A DNA stretch of 64,000 nucleotides, taken from positions 7,155-71,154 of the forward strand of contig JAWCLV010000001.1 of NCBI GenBank assembly GCA_038850515.1. The letters run 5' to 3'. A program made the translations under genes and the position numbers. How positions within the stretch are numbered: position 1 is the stretch's first letter; each line of letters opens with the position of its first letter. This DNA is from Candidatus Bathyarchaeia archaeon. GTDB lineage: Archaea; Thermoproteota; CALKCG01; B24; JAGTQN01. A model generated the notes under the pieces. That model was not told the origin of the DNA and made no database searches. It worked only from the letters and a program-made list of their open reading frames with translations. Of the stretch, positions 20,465 to 28,966 are shown piece by piece.

Positions 20465-21349
20465 ATGGAAGAATCGAGACCAAGGGTTAGAATAAGGCCG
20501 ATGAGGCTTGAGGATATTATCTCCGTTGTTAGGATTGCCAACCAGTCCTTCCTGGAGACTGCTAGGCTTACGAAGCTTATGGGCCAGAGGTTTGCCCATT
20601 ATATGAGACAATGGCCCGATTGGCTTTTCGTGGCTGAGACTTTCGAAGGAAGGGTTGTGGGCTTCATCTTCGGAAGCCCTGAGGGCGAAGCCCATGCCTC
20701 AATCCATTGGATAGCGGTCCATCCTGAGTTTCAAGGGATGGGAATAGGAGGTATGCTTTTAAAAGCCATAGAGGAAAAGGCTATGGGCTTAGGTCTTAAG
20801 GCCATCCTTACTGGTACGCCCTTCGCCCTTCGCTTCTACGAAAAGTATGGTTTCAAATGCGTAGGCATTCGAAGGCGCCTCGTTCTAGAACTCGTTGGAA
20901 AAAGCCTGGAGCCTCCTGAAGGCTTGGAAAGCTGTCCTATAGCCTTGGAGGGACTTAGGGACTTTATCCCTCTTATGAATCGCGAAGAATACTTACGCTT
21001 CCTATCAGCCTACTTCAGCGTCTACGAATCGGATCCCGATAAGGCATTAGCCGCGCTTGCGGATAACCGGATCGTAGGTATCCTCATCGGTCGGAGGAAC
21101 GAGGTCTATCCCGATCTTGTTACGCTAGACTATATTTTTGTTAAGGATTCGGCGTATGCCTATAGTATGCTTAAGCTCTTCGCCTATAGAGCCTCTACGG
21201 GCGGTTATAGATGGGTCGGGGTGGAGCTTCCAATTCCCTACTTGGAAGAGGGGGAACTCCTTAAGGAGGGCTGGCAGGATGCCCGGCTACCGTCCTTTTG
21301 GACAGGCTATCAGCTACGAAAGGATCTTCATCTTCAGGATCAGGAATGA
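20465..21349 (+). CDS. GNAT family N-acetyltransferase (with C-terminal second, degenerate GNAT-like half)
   Basis: HWIAVHPEFQGMGIGGMLLKAIEEKAMGLGLKAI and ...FYEKYGFKCVG match the acetyl-CoA binding motif A/B region. Confidence 0.75.
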   Translation: MEESRPRVRIRPMRLEDIISVVRIANQSFLETARLTKLMGQRFAHYMRQWPDWLFVAETFEGRVVGFIFGSPEGEAHASIHWIAVHPEFQGMGIGGMLLKAIEEKAMGLGLKAILTGTPFALRFYEKYGFKCVGIRRRLVLELVGKSLEPPEGLESCPIALEGLRDFIPLMNREEYLRFLSAYFSVYESDPDKALAALADNRIVGILIGRRNEVYPDLVTLDYIFVKDSAYAYSMLKLFAYRASTGGYRWVGVELPIPYLEEGELLKEGWQDARLPSFWTGYQLRKDLHLQDQE

Positions 21350-23376
21350 AGGGATGGAAGGCGAAGGCTATGTTTAGGAGAATCTTCGATACGATAGGAC
21401 CCTATGTATCTGGAACGAACGCCCTAGACTTGATCGCCCACATCCATGACTACGATCGATGGTCTTCCTTTGATAGGCATCATGAGGCTGCCCTCTATTG
21501 CCTCCGTAAATTGGAGGAGTATGGCCTTGAAGGCGAGATCTTCGAGCTCCCTGCGGATGGTGAAAAGCTTTATGGAGACTGGGTCATGCCGAGGGCTTGG
21601 AAGGCCAAATCGGCGAAGCTGACGCTTCTATTGGAATCTAAGGGCGAAGGCGATGGTGAGGGTGAAGTAAAGCTTTGCGACTATAACGAGGATCCATGTT
21701 CCCTCGTTATATACAGTAAGCCCACACCTCCTGAGGGCGTTACGGCTGAGCTTGTTATGGTTGATGGAGGCTCCAAAGCCCAAGATTATGAGGGCTTGGA
21801 AGTCGAGGGAAAGGTCGTCTTCACAAGGGATTCGGCTAGGGCTTCCCGCCTTGAGGCTTTGAGGCATGGCGCCCTTGGCGTCGTATCGGATTATCTTCCC
21901 ATCATCGATTACTACCGTCCGCCCATGGAACTACCCGACTGCCGCTACTGGGATAGGTTCAGCTCAGACTTTGGAGGCTGGGGCATGAAGAAGGGAGACC
22001 CCGAGTTCTGGGGCTTCGTCCTAACGCCTAGGCAAGGACATTGGCTTAGGGAACTCATGCGCGAGGGAAGGAAGCTTCAAGTCCATGCGGAGATCGATGC
22101 CTCCTTCTATGACGGCTCGATCGATGTAGTAACAGGATGGATCAAAGGCGAAACCGATGAGGAGGTCCTGATAAATGGGCACTTGTACGAGGTCGGCGCC
22201 ATAGACGATGCGAGCGGTTGCGGTCTAGCAATAGAGGTTTTGAGGTGTCTGAACTCCCTCATCAGATCCGGAAGGCTCAAGAAGCCTAGGCGAGGAATAA
22301 GGATGCTCTTCACTTATGAGTGTATGGGGACTATGGGAGCCCTTTTGGAGAAGCCTGAGCTTCTTCAACGAACCATCGCGGCCATAACCCTGGACTGCGT
22401 AGGAGGGAAGGAAGCCCTATGCCGGGCCTTCTTAGGCCTCTCGAGGAATCCCCATGCCCAAAGCTCCTATACGGATACCCTCCTAAGGCTCATCCTTGAG
22501 CATTCAACCCGGGCGGATAAGATGCTGGTTAATTGGCGCGAGGTCCCCTTCCTGAAGGCCGATAATATGATCGCAGATCCATCCATAGGGATTCCATGTC
22601 CCCTTCTAATCGAGTATCCCTATACCTTCTACCATTCCTCCATGGATACACCCGACAAGATCGATCCTAGAAGGCTCGCCTGGATAGGTCGTGCTGTCGC
22701 AACATACGCATACTTTATCGCCAATGCTGGAGAGGTCGAAGCCCAATGGCTCGTTTCCGAAGTTCTCAACGAGGCCCAAAGGGCCATGCTCGATGAAATG
22801 GGGGGCTTCCTAACTCCTTTTTACGAAACGTATAGCAAGGAGAAGGAGCGAGGCGAAGCGAAGGCCTTGGAAAGGCTCTGGCGAAGGCTAAACTACCTGC
22901 AAACCCGCTATGGAATCGCCATCGAATCCGTAGCTCGCCTTTCTGGAGGCGAAGGCCTTCGAAAAAGGATTGAAGAGGCTAAGGAAGATCTAAGAGCCTA
23001 TGCTTCCATGAGCCTCAAAAGGGCAAGCAGGGAGCTTGGACTTCAGCCAAGGAAGCCTAGAAAAAGGCGATGGATGGATATGGATGGATACAAGCGCGAG
23101 GCATCCCGACTTGTGCCAAAACGTCTCGTACTAGAGTCTTGCCAAATGACCCGGATACCAGCCGAGGAGCGAAAAGAATGGCAGAGGAAATGCCATGAAT
23201 GGGGATTGAAGGGATCCGTTATCCAATCGGCTCAAATGTGGTGCGATGGAGTCCGCTCTGTGGCTGAGATAGAGGAACTTGTGGAGGGTGAAACGGGCGA
23301 ATCCAACATACGCCTTCTTGATTACTTTAAGGAGATGGAGCGCTACGGATACATAAAATGCGAGAAAAGGCGTTAA
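21346..23376 (+). CDS. M28-like aminopeptidase-domain protein (DUF4910/aminopeptidase-like architecture)
   Basis: GHLYEVGAIDDASGCGLAIEV (His, DDxSG) and FTYECMGTMG (partial EE) are M28-like. I prefer the start at the ATG overlapping the GNAT stop (ATGA) rather than the track's 21298. Confidence 0.65.
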   Translation: MKGWKAKAMFRRIFDTIGPYVSGTNALDLIAHIHDYDRWSSFDRHHEAALYCLRKLEEYGLEGEIFELPADGEKLYGDWVMPRAWKAKSAKLTLLLESKGEGDGEGEVKLCDYNEDPCSLVIYSKPTPPEGVTAELVMVDGGSKAQDYEGLEVEGKVVFTRDSARASRLEALRHGALGVVSDYLPIIDYYRPPMELPDCRYWDRFSSDFGGWGMKKGDPEFWGFVLTPRQGHWLRELMREGRKLQVHAEIDASFYDGSIDVVTGWIKGETDEEVLINGHLYEVGAIDDASGCGLAIEVLRCLNSLIRSGRLKKPRRGIRMLFTYECMGTMGALLEKPELLQRTIAAITLDCVGGKEALCRAFLGLSRNPHAQSSYTDTLLRLILEHSTRADKMLVNWREVPFLKADNMIADPSIGIPCPLLIEYPYTFYHSSMDTPDKIDPRRLAWIGRAVATYAYFIANAGEVEAQWLVSEVLNEAQRAMLDEMGGFLTPFYETYSKEKERGEAKALERLWRRLNYLQTRYGIAIESVARLSGGEGLRKRIEEAKEDLRAYASMSLKRASRELGLQPRKPRKRRWMDMDGYKREASRLVPKRLVLESCQMTRIPAEERKEWQRKCHEWGLKGSVIQSAQMWCDGVRSVAEIEELVEGETGESNIRLLDYFKEMERYGYIKCEKRR

Positions 23377-23461
23377 AGGGACCCTAAGCTTTCGGCTAAT
23401 TATTTCTGTTTTTGAGATGGGTTCGGAGAGGGTTCATTCTCAATCTTAATCTTAATCTTAA

Positions 23462-24199
23462 TCAAGCTCCTCTTGATGGGTCAAGAGAAGAAGTCTCACC
23501 CAAGCCTTTAGGGCTATTTCTTCCATATCCCTTCCCATGAAATCGCTTAATATCCTGCCTCAGGGTTATGGCTAAGATTGCCGAGTTCTCCTCAATCCTC
23601 TGGAGATTTTGGAAACCTAGATAATGGACATAATCCGTCTCAATAGATTCCAAGGTGGTGATGGAGAAGAAGCCCTTCACTAGGTTTGCAAAGTACTTCT
23701 TTAACTCCTCTGAGGAAAGTTTGGGCATAAGCATTTCAAACTCCGATATGAAAAGCCCACCTGGCTTCAGAACCCTATGGACCTCCCTCAAGTATCGCAT
23801 GGCGCCGGCTTTGCCATCGTATCGTAGGATTATGGGACCTAGAACCCATACATCAAGAAGGGCATCAACTTCCGAGTCTCCTATGGGAATCTTCTCCGCG
23901 AGATCGGCGATACGGCATTCGAGCATTCCAGGAGCTATCTTGGCTTCGATGGATTTTTGGGATAGAAGCTCCAAGTTTCGCTCGGAAGCATCTAGGGCTA
24001 TTACACGAAAGCCCTCCTTTAGGAGAAAAAGGGTGTCCCTTCCTTCGCCGCAACCCGCGTCAACGACCGTCAGTCTAGAACGATCTTCCTTCCGAAAGGC
24101 CTTTGCCAGAAATCTGGCTGCCCTTGATGGAGGAATGTCGCCAACGATAGGATAGTAGAATGGAAGGTTTTTCCTATAGATTTCTGCGGATTTTGACAT
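23462..24199 (-). CDS. Class I SAM-dependent methyltransferase
   Basis: Motif I LTVVDAGCGEGRDTLFL; Rossmann-type MTase spacing; VLKPGGLFI post-I motif. Confidence 0.8.
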   Translation of the reverse strand: MSKSAEIYRKNLPFYYPIVGDIPPSRAARFLAKAFRKEDRSRLTVVDAGCGEGRDTLFLLKEGFRVIALDASERNLELLSQKSIEAKIAPGMLECRIADLAEKIPIGDSEVDALLDVWVLGPIILRYDGKAGAMRYLREVHRVLKPGGLFISEFEMLMPKLSSEELKKYFANLVKGFFSITTLESIETDYVHYLGFQNLQRIEENSAILAITLRQDIKRFHGKGYGRNSPKGLGETSSLDPSRGA

Positions 24200-24242
24200 A
24201 CGCCTATCTATCTATGCCTTAGCCATTTCCGTATCTAAGGAG

Positions 24243-25163
24243 CTAAAGGGCTCCCAGAACAAGGGCGAGGAGGGCCATCCTCGTCAGAAGCCCATAGTAG
24301 ACCTGTTTGAAATACCTAGCCTGGGGCATGAGGTCCACCTCCGGTGCCACTTCATCCACCTTGGGAAGGGGATGCATGATGATGGCGTTTGGCTTCATTT
24401 TCCTCGCGGTTTCTGCCGTGATCTTGTAGTATCCCTTCAGCTTCGCATATTCGGCTGGATCCGCAAACCTTTCCTTCTGGATCCTCGTAACATAGAGGAC
24501 ATCGATATCTTTTATGATCGGTTCAAGGCTTTCGAATTCCTGAACCTCTATTCGTTGCCTAGCAAGCTCGACAAACTCCCTTCGCATGCGAAGGGCCTCT
24601 GGAGAAACCAAGTAGAGTTTTACGTCATAGAGGGATAGGGCACTGGCAAGGCTGTGAACGGTCCTTCCATATCTAAGGTCCCCTAGAAGGGCTACCTTCA
24701 AGCCATCGATGCTCCCCATCTCCCGCATCATCGTGTAAAGGTCTAGCATAGCTTGGGTTGGATGCTCCTCGGCTCCAGATCCTGCGTTTATGATAGGTAC
24801 ATCGGCCACCTCGGCAGCCAAACGGGCTGAGCCTTCTAAGGGATGCCTTAAAACTATCACATCGGCATAGTTTTGGACAACCCTTATCGTATCAGTGAGA
24901 TTTTCCCCCTTTTCTATGGAACTGGACCTTGGCTCAGACATGTCCAAGACGAAGCCTCCAAGCCTCTGGACGGCCGCCTGAAAGCTCAGCCTCGTCCTCG
25001 TGCTGGGCTCGAAGAAAAGTATGGCACAGGTTTTCCCCTTTATAAGGTCGGGCTTTCTTTTGGCTAGATCCTCGATTCCATCCGTCGTTTTAAGAATATA
25101 GTCAAGCTCCTGGCGACTGAAATCGGCGATGGATACGATGTCTCTGCCCCTGAACTCCGTCAA
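24243..25163 (-). CDS. pyrB: Aspartate carbamoyltransferase catalytic subunit
   Basis: STRTR carbamoyl-phosphate motif; HPTQ and LGDLRYGRTVHSL are ATCase-specific (OTCase has HPCQ and a different second motif). Confidence 0.85.
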   Translation of the reverse strand: MTEFRGRDIVSIADFSRQELDYILKTTDGIEDLAKRKPDLIKGKTCAILFFEPSTRTRLSFQAAVQRLGGFVLDMSEPRSSSIEKGENLTDTIRVVQNYADVIVLRHPLEGSARLAAEVADVPIINAGSGAEEHPTQAMLDLYTMMREMGSIDGLKVALLGDLRYGRTVHSLASALSLYDVKLYLVSPEALRMRREFVELARQRIEVQEFESLEPIIKDIDVLYVTRIQKERFADPAEYAKLKGYYKITAETARKMKPNAIIMHPLPKVDEVAPEVDLMPQARYFKQVYYGLLTRMALLALVLGAL

Positions 25164-25396
25164 AACTATGCCCTGATAGAGTTTTTAGGAAGGTCCATTA
25201 AAGTTTTTCACAGGCTTCTATTCCTATCCCACCATATCCCATCCATCATCATATCCTTGATTAGGAATTCATTTGTTAGGATGTGATGGATTCGATCCTC
25301 TGCCATCGCCCATTAAGAGCCCTAAGAAAGCGCCAAGGCTTCCTTACTAAGGACGCTATTATTTAAGTTCCCATTATTCTGTAATGGAGAAGGGCT

Positions 25397-26521
25397 TTGA
25401 AAATCGTACGCATTGAACCCGTCTTTGTGGATAGATGGCTCATTGTAAAAGTTGAGACGGATGAAGGGATAGTAGGCTATGGGGAATCAACCCTATGGGC
25501 ACACCTAGAAACCGTCGAGGTTGCCGTTCGAAAGCTCGGATCCTTCCTCATAGGCAAGGAACCTTTTCGTATAGAACATCATTCGCAGCTTCCCTTCAGA
25601 AGATTCCATTTTAGAGGAGGGGTCCTGAACTCAGCCATGGCTGCCATCGATATAGCCCTTTGGGATATTCTAGGCAAGTCCGCCAATTTACCCATCTATC
25701 AACTCCTCGGGGGAAAATACAGGGAGAAGTGTAGAACCTTCTTGACGATAGGTGGTAGCACCCCGGAGGAGGCGGCCGAAGAGGCATCGAAAGCCGTTAA
25801 GAAGGGATTCACGGTGCTTCGGATATGGCCCTTTGATCCTAAAGGACCAAGGATCATCAGTAGCCTTGAGATTTCCCAGGCAGTCGATAGGGTGCGGGCT
25901 GTCAGGGAAGCCGTAGGGGATGGAATTGATCTTGGAGTTGAGATCCATAGACGTTTTACGCCGATCCAAGCTGTCACCTTCGCTAGGGAAATAGAAAGGT
26001 ATCGAATCCTTTTCATAGAAGATCCTATAGCCCCTGAAAGTATGGAGGCTATGCTTTACGTTGCCAGAAAGACGAGCATTCCCATAGCCGCCGGGGAGAG
26101 ATGCTTCGATCTTTATGGGTTTAAGGAGCTCATCGATCGAGGCATAGTGGGCTTTATACGCCCGGACTTCACAGTTGCTGGAGGTATCACGGAAGGGCGA
26201 AAGATAGCCACCATTGCCGAAGCTTCGAATGTGGGGGTTATGCCCCATCTCATGTCAAGCCCTATAGGTACTGCCGCCTTCCTCCATCTCGATGCTTCAA
26301 TACCGAACTATGTCTTCCAAGAGCATATGTGGGAAGGAGAAGGGATAAGGCGAGAAATTACGAAGCCAGCCTTGAAGGATGAGCCAGGATATGCCTACGT
26401 ACCAGAGGGTCCGGGGTTAGGCATCGAGTTAGATGAGGATGCCATCGCGAAGCATCCTTACAGGAGCCAAGGAGCCCTTCAAGGGATATACTACGAGGAT
26501 GGTTCCCTAGCAGACTTCTAG
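25397..26521 (+). CDS. Enolase-superfamily enzyme (mandelate racemase / D-galactonate dehydratase-like)
   Basis: N-terminal KIVRIEPVFVDRWLIVKVETDEGIVGYGE capping domain; barrel domain with metal-ligand spacing (IEDP, AAGER). Confidence 0.8.
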   Translation: MKIVRIEPVFVDRWLIVKVETDEGIVGYGESTLWAHLETVEVAVRKLGSFLIGKEPFRIEHHSQLPFRRFHFRGGVLNSAMAAIDIALWDILGKSANLPIYQLLGGKYREKCRTFLTIGGSTPEEAAEEASKAVKKGFTVLRIWPFDPKGPRIISSLEISQAVDRVRAVREAVGDGIDLGVEIHRRFTPIQAVTFAREIERYRILFIEDPIAPESMEAMLYVARKTSIPIAAGERCFDLYGFKELIDRGIVGFIRPDFTVAGGITEGRKIATIAEASNVGVMPHLMSSPIGTAAFLHLDASIPNYVFQEHMWEGEGIRREITKPALKDEPGYAYVPEGPGLGIELDEDAIAKHPYRSQGALQGIYYEDGSLADF

Positions 26522-26613
26522 TCCTACAAAATGAAAAACCAGAGTGGAGTGAGGCAAAGGAAGTTTTACTTTTATGTTATGGATGGAACTTTACGGTTAC
26601 GGATGAAGGTTTC

Positions 26614-27588
26614 TTGGGAGGTTTTGGTTTGAAGGCTGCCATCATCTACGGACCTAGGGACCTGAGGGTTGAGGAAGTAGAAGTTCCAGCCATAGGCCCC
26701 GAGGATGTCCTTGTACGCGTGAAAGCCTGTGGTATCTGCGGCTCTGATGTCCATAGGTATCTTGGAACTCGCTACGGACAGCGTTTCACCTATCCCCTTA
26801 ACTCGGGGCATGAATACTGTGGAGATGTAGCCAAGGTTGGAGCGAATGTAAGGAATTTCAAGGTTGGTGATAGGGTCACTTTGGGGGTTGACTGGTTCGG
26901 AAGTGGGAGCCTAGGAGCCTTTTCCGAGTACATCCGAGTCCCTCAGGCTGATAGAAGGCTTCACAAGGTTCCGGAAGATATTAGCTATGAAGAGGGAGCC
27001 ATCATAGAACCCCTCCTAGTAGCCTTGAACGGTTTCTCCAGGGCTAAGCCCCGAGAAAATGAAGAAGTCCTCATCCTCGGGGCGGGACCGATAGGGCTTT
27101 GCCTTCTTCAAAGATGCCTTTGTGAGGGGATTAGTAAAGTCATCGTAAGTGAGGTCTCGCCTAGGAGGCTGGAGTTGGCCAGGCGTTTCGGAGCCATTAC
27201 CGTAGACGCCAAGATGGAGAACCTAGAGGAGCGCGTTTTATCCATGACAGGGATGAAAGGAGTCGATGTAACCTTCGAATGCGCTGGTACCCCAGCCACC
27301 ATTAAGCAGGCCCTTTCCCTCACAAAGCCGGCGGGTAGGTTATGCCTTATTGCCCACTATGCCCAAAGTGCGGAGATAGATCCAGAGGCGATTATAGGCA
27401 AAACCCTGACTATTCATGGGATTGGTGGTGGCGATGCCCTTTTCGAGGAGGCCGTAAGCCTCATCGTCCAAGGGAAGATTGAATTAAAGCCGTTGATATC
27501 CCATGAGTTCCCCTTACAAAGGGCAAAGGAAGCCTTTGAAGCGGCTTCTAAGGCCGATACTTCCGTGAAAGTTATTATAAAGCCCTAA
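26614..27588 (+). CDS. Zn-dependent medium-chain alcohol/threonine/sorbitol dehydrogenase
   Basis: CGICGSDVHRY and GHEYCGDV zinc motifs; GAGPIGL Rossmann. The start is probably the TTG giving MKAAIIYGP (~26629). Confidence 0.85.
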   Translation: MGGFGLKAAIIYGPRDLRVEEVEVPAIGPEDVLVRVKACGICGSDVHRYLGTRYGQRFTYPLNSGHEYCGDVAKVGANVRNFKVGDRVTLGVDWFGSGSLGAFSEYIRVPQADRRLHKVPEDISYEEGAIIEPLLVALNGFSRAKPRENEEVLILGAGPIGLCLLQRCLCEGISKVIVSEVSPRRLELARRFGAITVDAKMENLEERVLSMTGMKGVDVTFECAGTPATIKQALSLTKPAGRLCLIAHYAQSAEIDPEAIIGKTLTIHGIGGGDALFEEAVSLIVQGKIELKPLISHEFPLQRAKEAFEAASKADTSVKVIIKP

Positions 27589-27658
27589 AACTCGAATCGG
27601 AAACCTCAGGGGCTTCGCTATAGGCTTTTTCTCGATTTCAAGCCCGATCCTCCCATCG

Positions 27659-28828
27659 TTAGATGGATTTTAGCCTTTCCATAGAAGCTAAGCCTAGAAG
27701 ATGGAGGTTTCCTACATGGACGCGTTCCAAATGCTTCTCGGCAGCCTGAAGGCATTCCTTCACCTGTTCGATGGGTGTGATGGGAAGGTCCCTCATGGCA
27801 AAGTTTGGATGGAAGACAAGGAGGCTGTAGGGGATTTTTCGATCCAATGAGGCTATAAACCTAGCTATTCCATCGATCTCTAAGGCATCCACATAGCCCG
27901 GAACGAGGAGCGTTGTAGCCGTCAAAACCGGAAGGTCTTGACGCTTTTTGTAGAATCTTTCATAAACCATCCTGAAGTTTTCGAAGGCTCTGGAATTGGG
28001 CACTCCGCTTAGGGCGATGCTCAGGCTTGGTGTGAAGGCCTTTAGATCAAACTTTAGGTTTCCGCCGGTTTCTAGGGCTAGCTCAGCCGCTCGCTCTACA
28101 AGGCTTGGATTACCACAACCATTCCACTCGAAGCATATTCTGAGAATTCTTTGACCCTTCAGGGCTTCAAGGACTTTTTCCGAGGCCTTAAGGGCGAAGG
28201 GAAGTTGGGGCTCAGGCGAGCCACCAAAGAAGCACCAGCAGGAAATCCTTTCGTTAAGAACGGTTGTCCTCACAAGCTCTTCAGCCGTTACTAAGGAGGC
28301 TTCCCCCAAGGCTTTATGGGATGCATTCTGGCAGAAGAGACAATCAAAGTTGCAAGCGTAGAAGAAGATCGCTAGGTTATAGTAGCCGATCTCAGGACCG
28401 GGTCTATAGGCAAATTTTGGAAAGCCGGCCCCCGTTCCGGCTGGACAGAAGTAGGCGCTACAGCAGTTTGTTACCTGGGGATCCAAGTAATAATGGAGAA
28501 GGGCCGCGTCAGCCTTCGCCTTCGATACTAGTCGTCCACCGAGGTTATGCCTAAGGCCGCAATATCCGACTTCGCCAGCTCCAATAAGGCATTCGTTAGA
28601 ACATAGGTTGCAGGGAATGCCTCCATGAGTCTTAGGGGGCTTGGGAGGGAGCCCCCATGGATTACGGACCTTCTCATGGGCTTTGAGGACGATGGGAAGG
28701 GCTTCCTCAGGATGCCTTCTCAGGCAATCTAAGCAGACGCCCAAGGCTGAAGAAACCTGTTTGGGCTTAGCCTCTCCACATAGGAGGCAGGCCGTAGGCT
28801 TCTGACGGCTGGGAAAGAGGTAAATCAA
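27659..28828 (-). CDS. Radical SAM enzyme (PflA/AmmeMemoRadiSam-like activase) with N-terminal Cys-rich zinc-ribbon-like region
   Basis: FFYACNFDCLFCQN carries the CX3CX2C radical SAM motif. The N-terminus has CLLCGE...CLDC and CNLCSNEC...YCG cysteine clusters. Confidence 0.65.
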   Translation of the reverse strand: MIYLFPSRQKPTACLLCGEAKPKQVSSALGVCLDCLRRHPEEALPIVLKAHEKVRNPWGLPPKPPKTHGGIPCNLCSNECLIGAGEVGYCGLRHNLGGRLVSKAKADAALLHYYLDPQVTNCCSAYFCPAGTGAGFPKFAYRPGPEIGYYNLAIFFYACNFDCLFCQNASHKALGEASLVTAEELVRTTVLNERISCWCFFGGSPEPQLPFALKASEKVLEALKGQRILRICFEWNGCGNPSLVERAAELALETGGNLKFDLKAFTPSLSIALSGVPNSRAFENFRMVYERFYKKRQDLPVLTATTLLVPGYVDALEIDGIARFIASLDRKIPYSLLVFHPNFAMRDLPITPIEQVKECLQAAEKHLERVHVGNLHLLGLASMERLKSI

Positions 28829-28966
28829 GGACCAACCTATTTTCTTCTAGGGGCTCCTTTTAAACCTCAAATGTAGTAAAGATAATTTGATTTAGAAAAT
28901 CCATTCCCAAGATGAGGTAAGGTAAGAAAAGAAAATAAAAAATAATAAGAGAATCGTGGTCCATCC

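Noticed and set aside
25280-25310. tRNA-like T-loop string GGATTCGATCC
   Set aside because: It forms only a 3 bp stem. No acceptor, D-arm or anticodon arm can be built around it. No CCA context.
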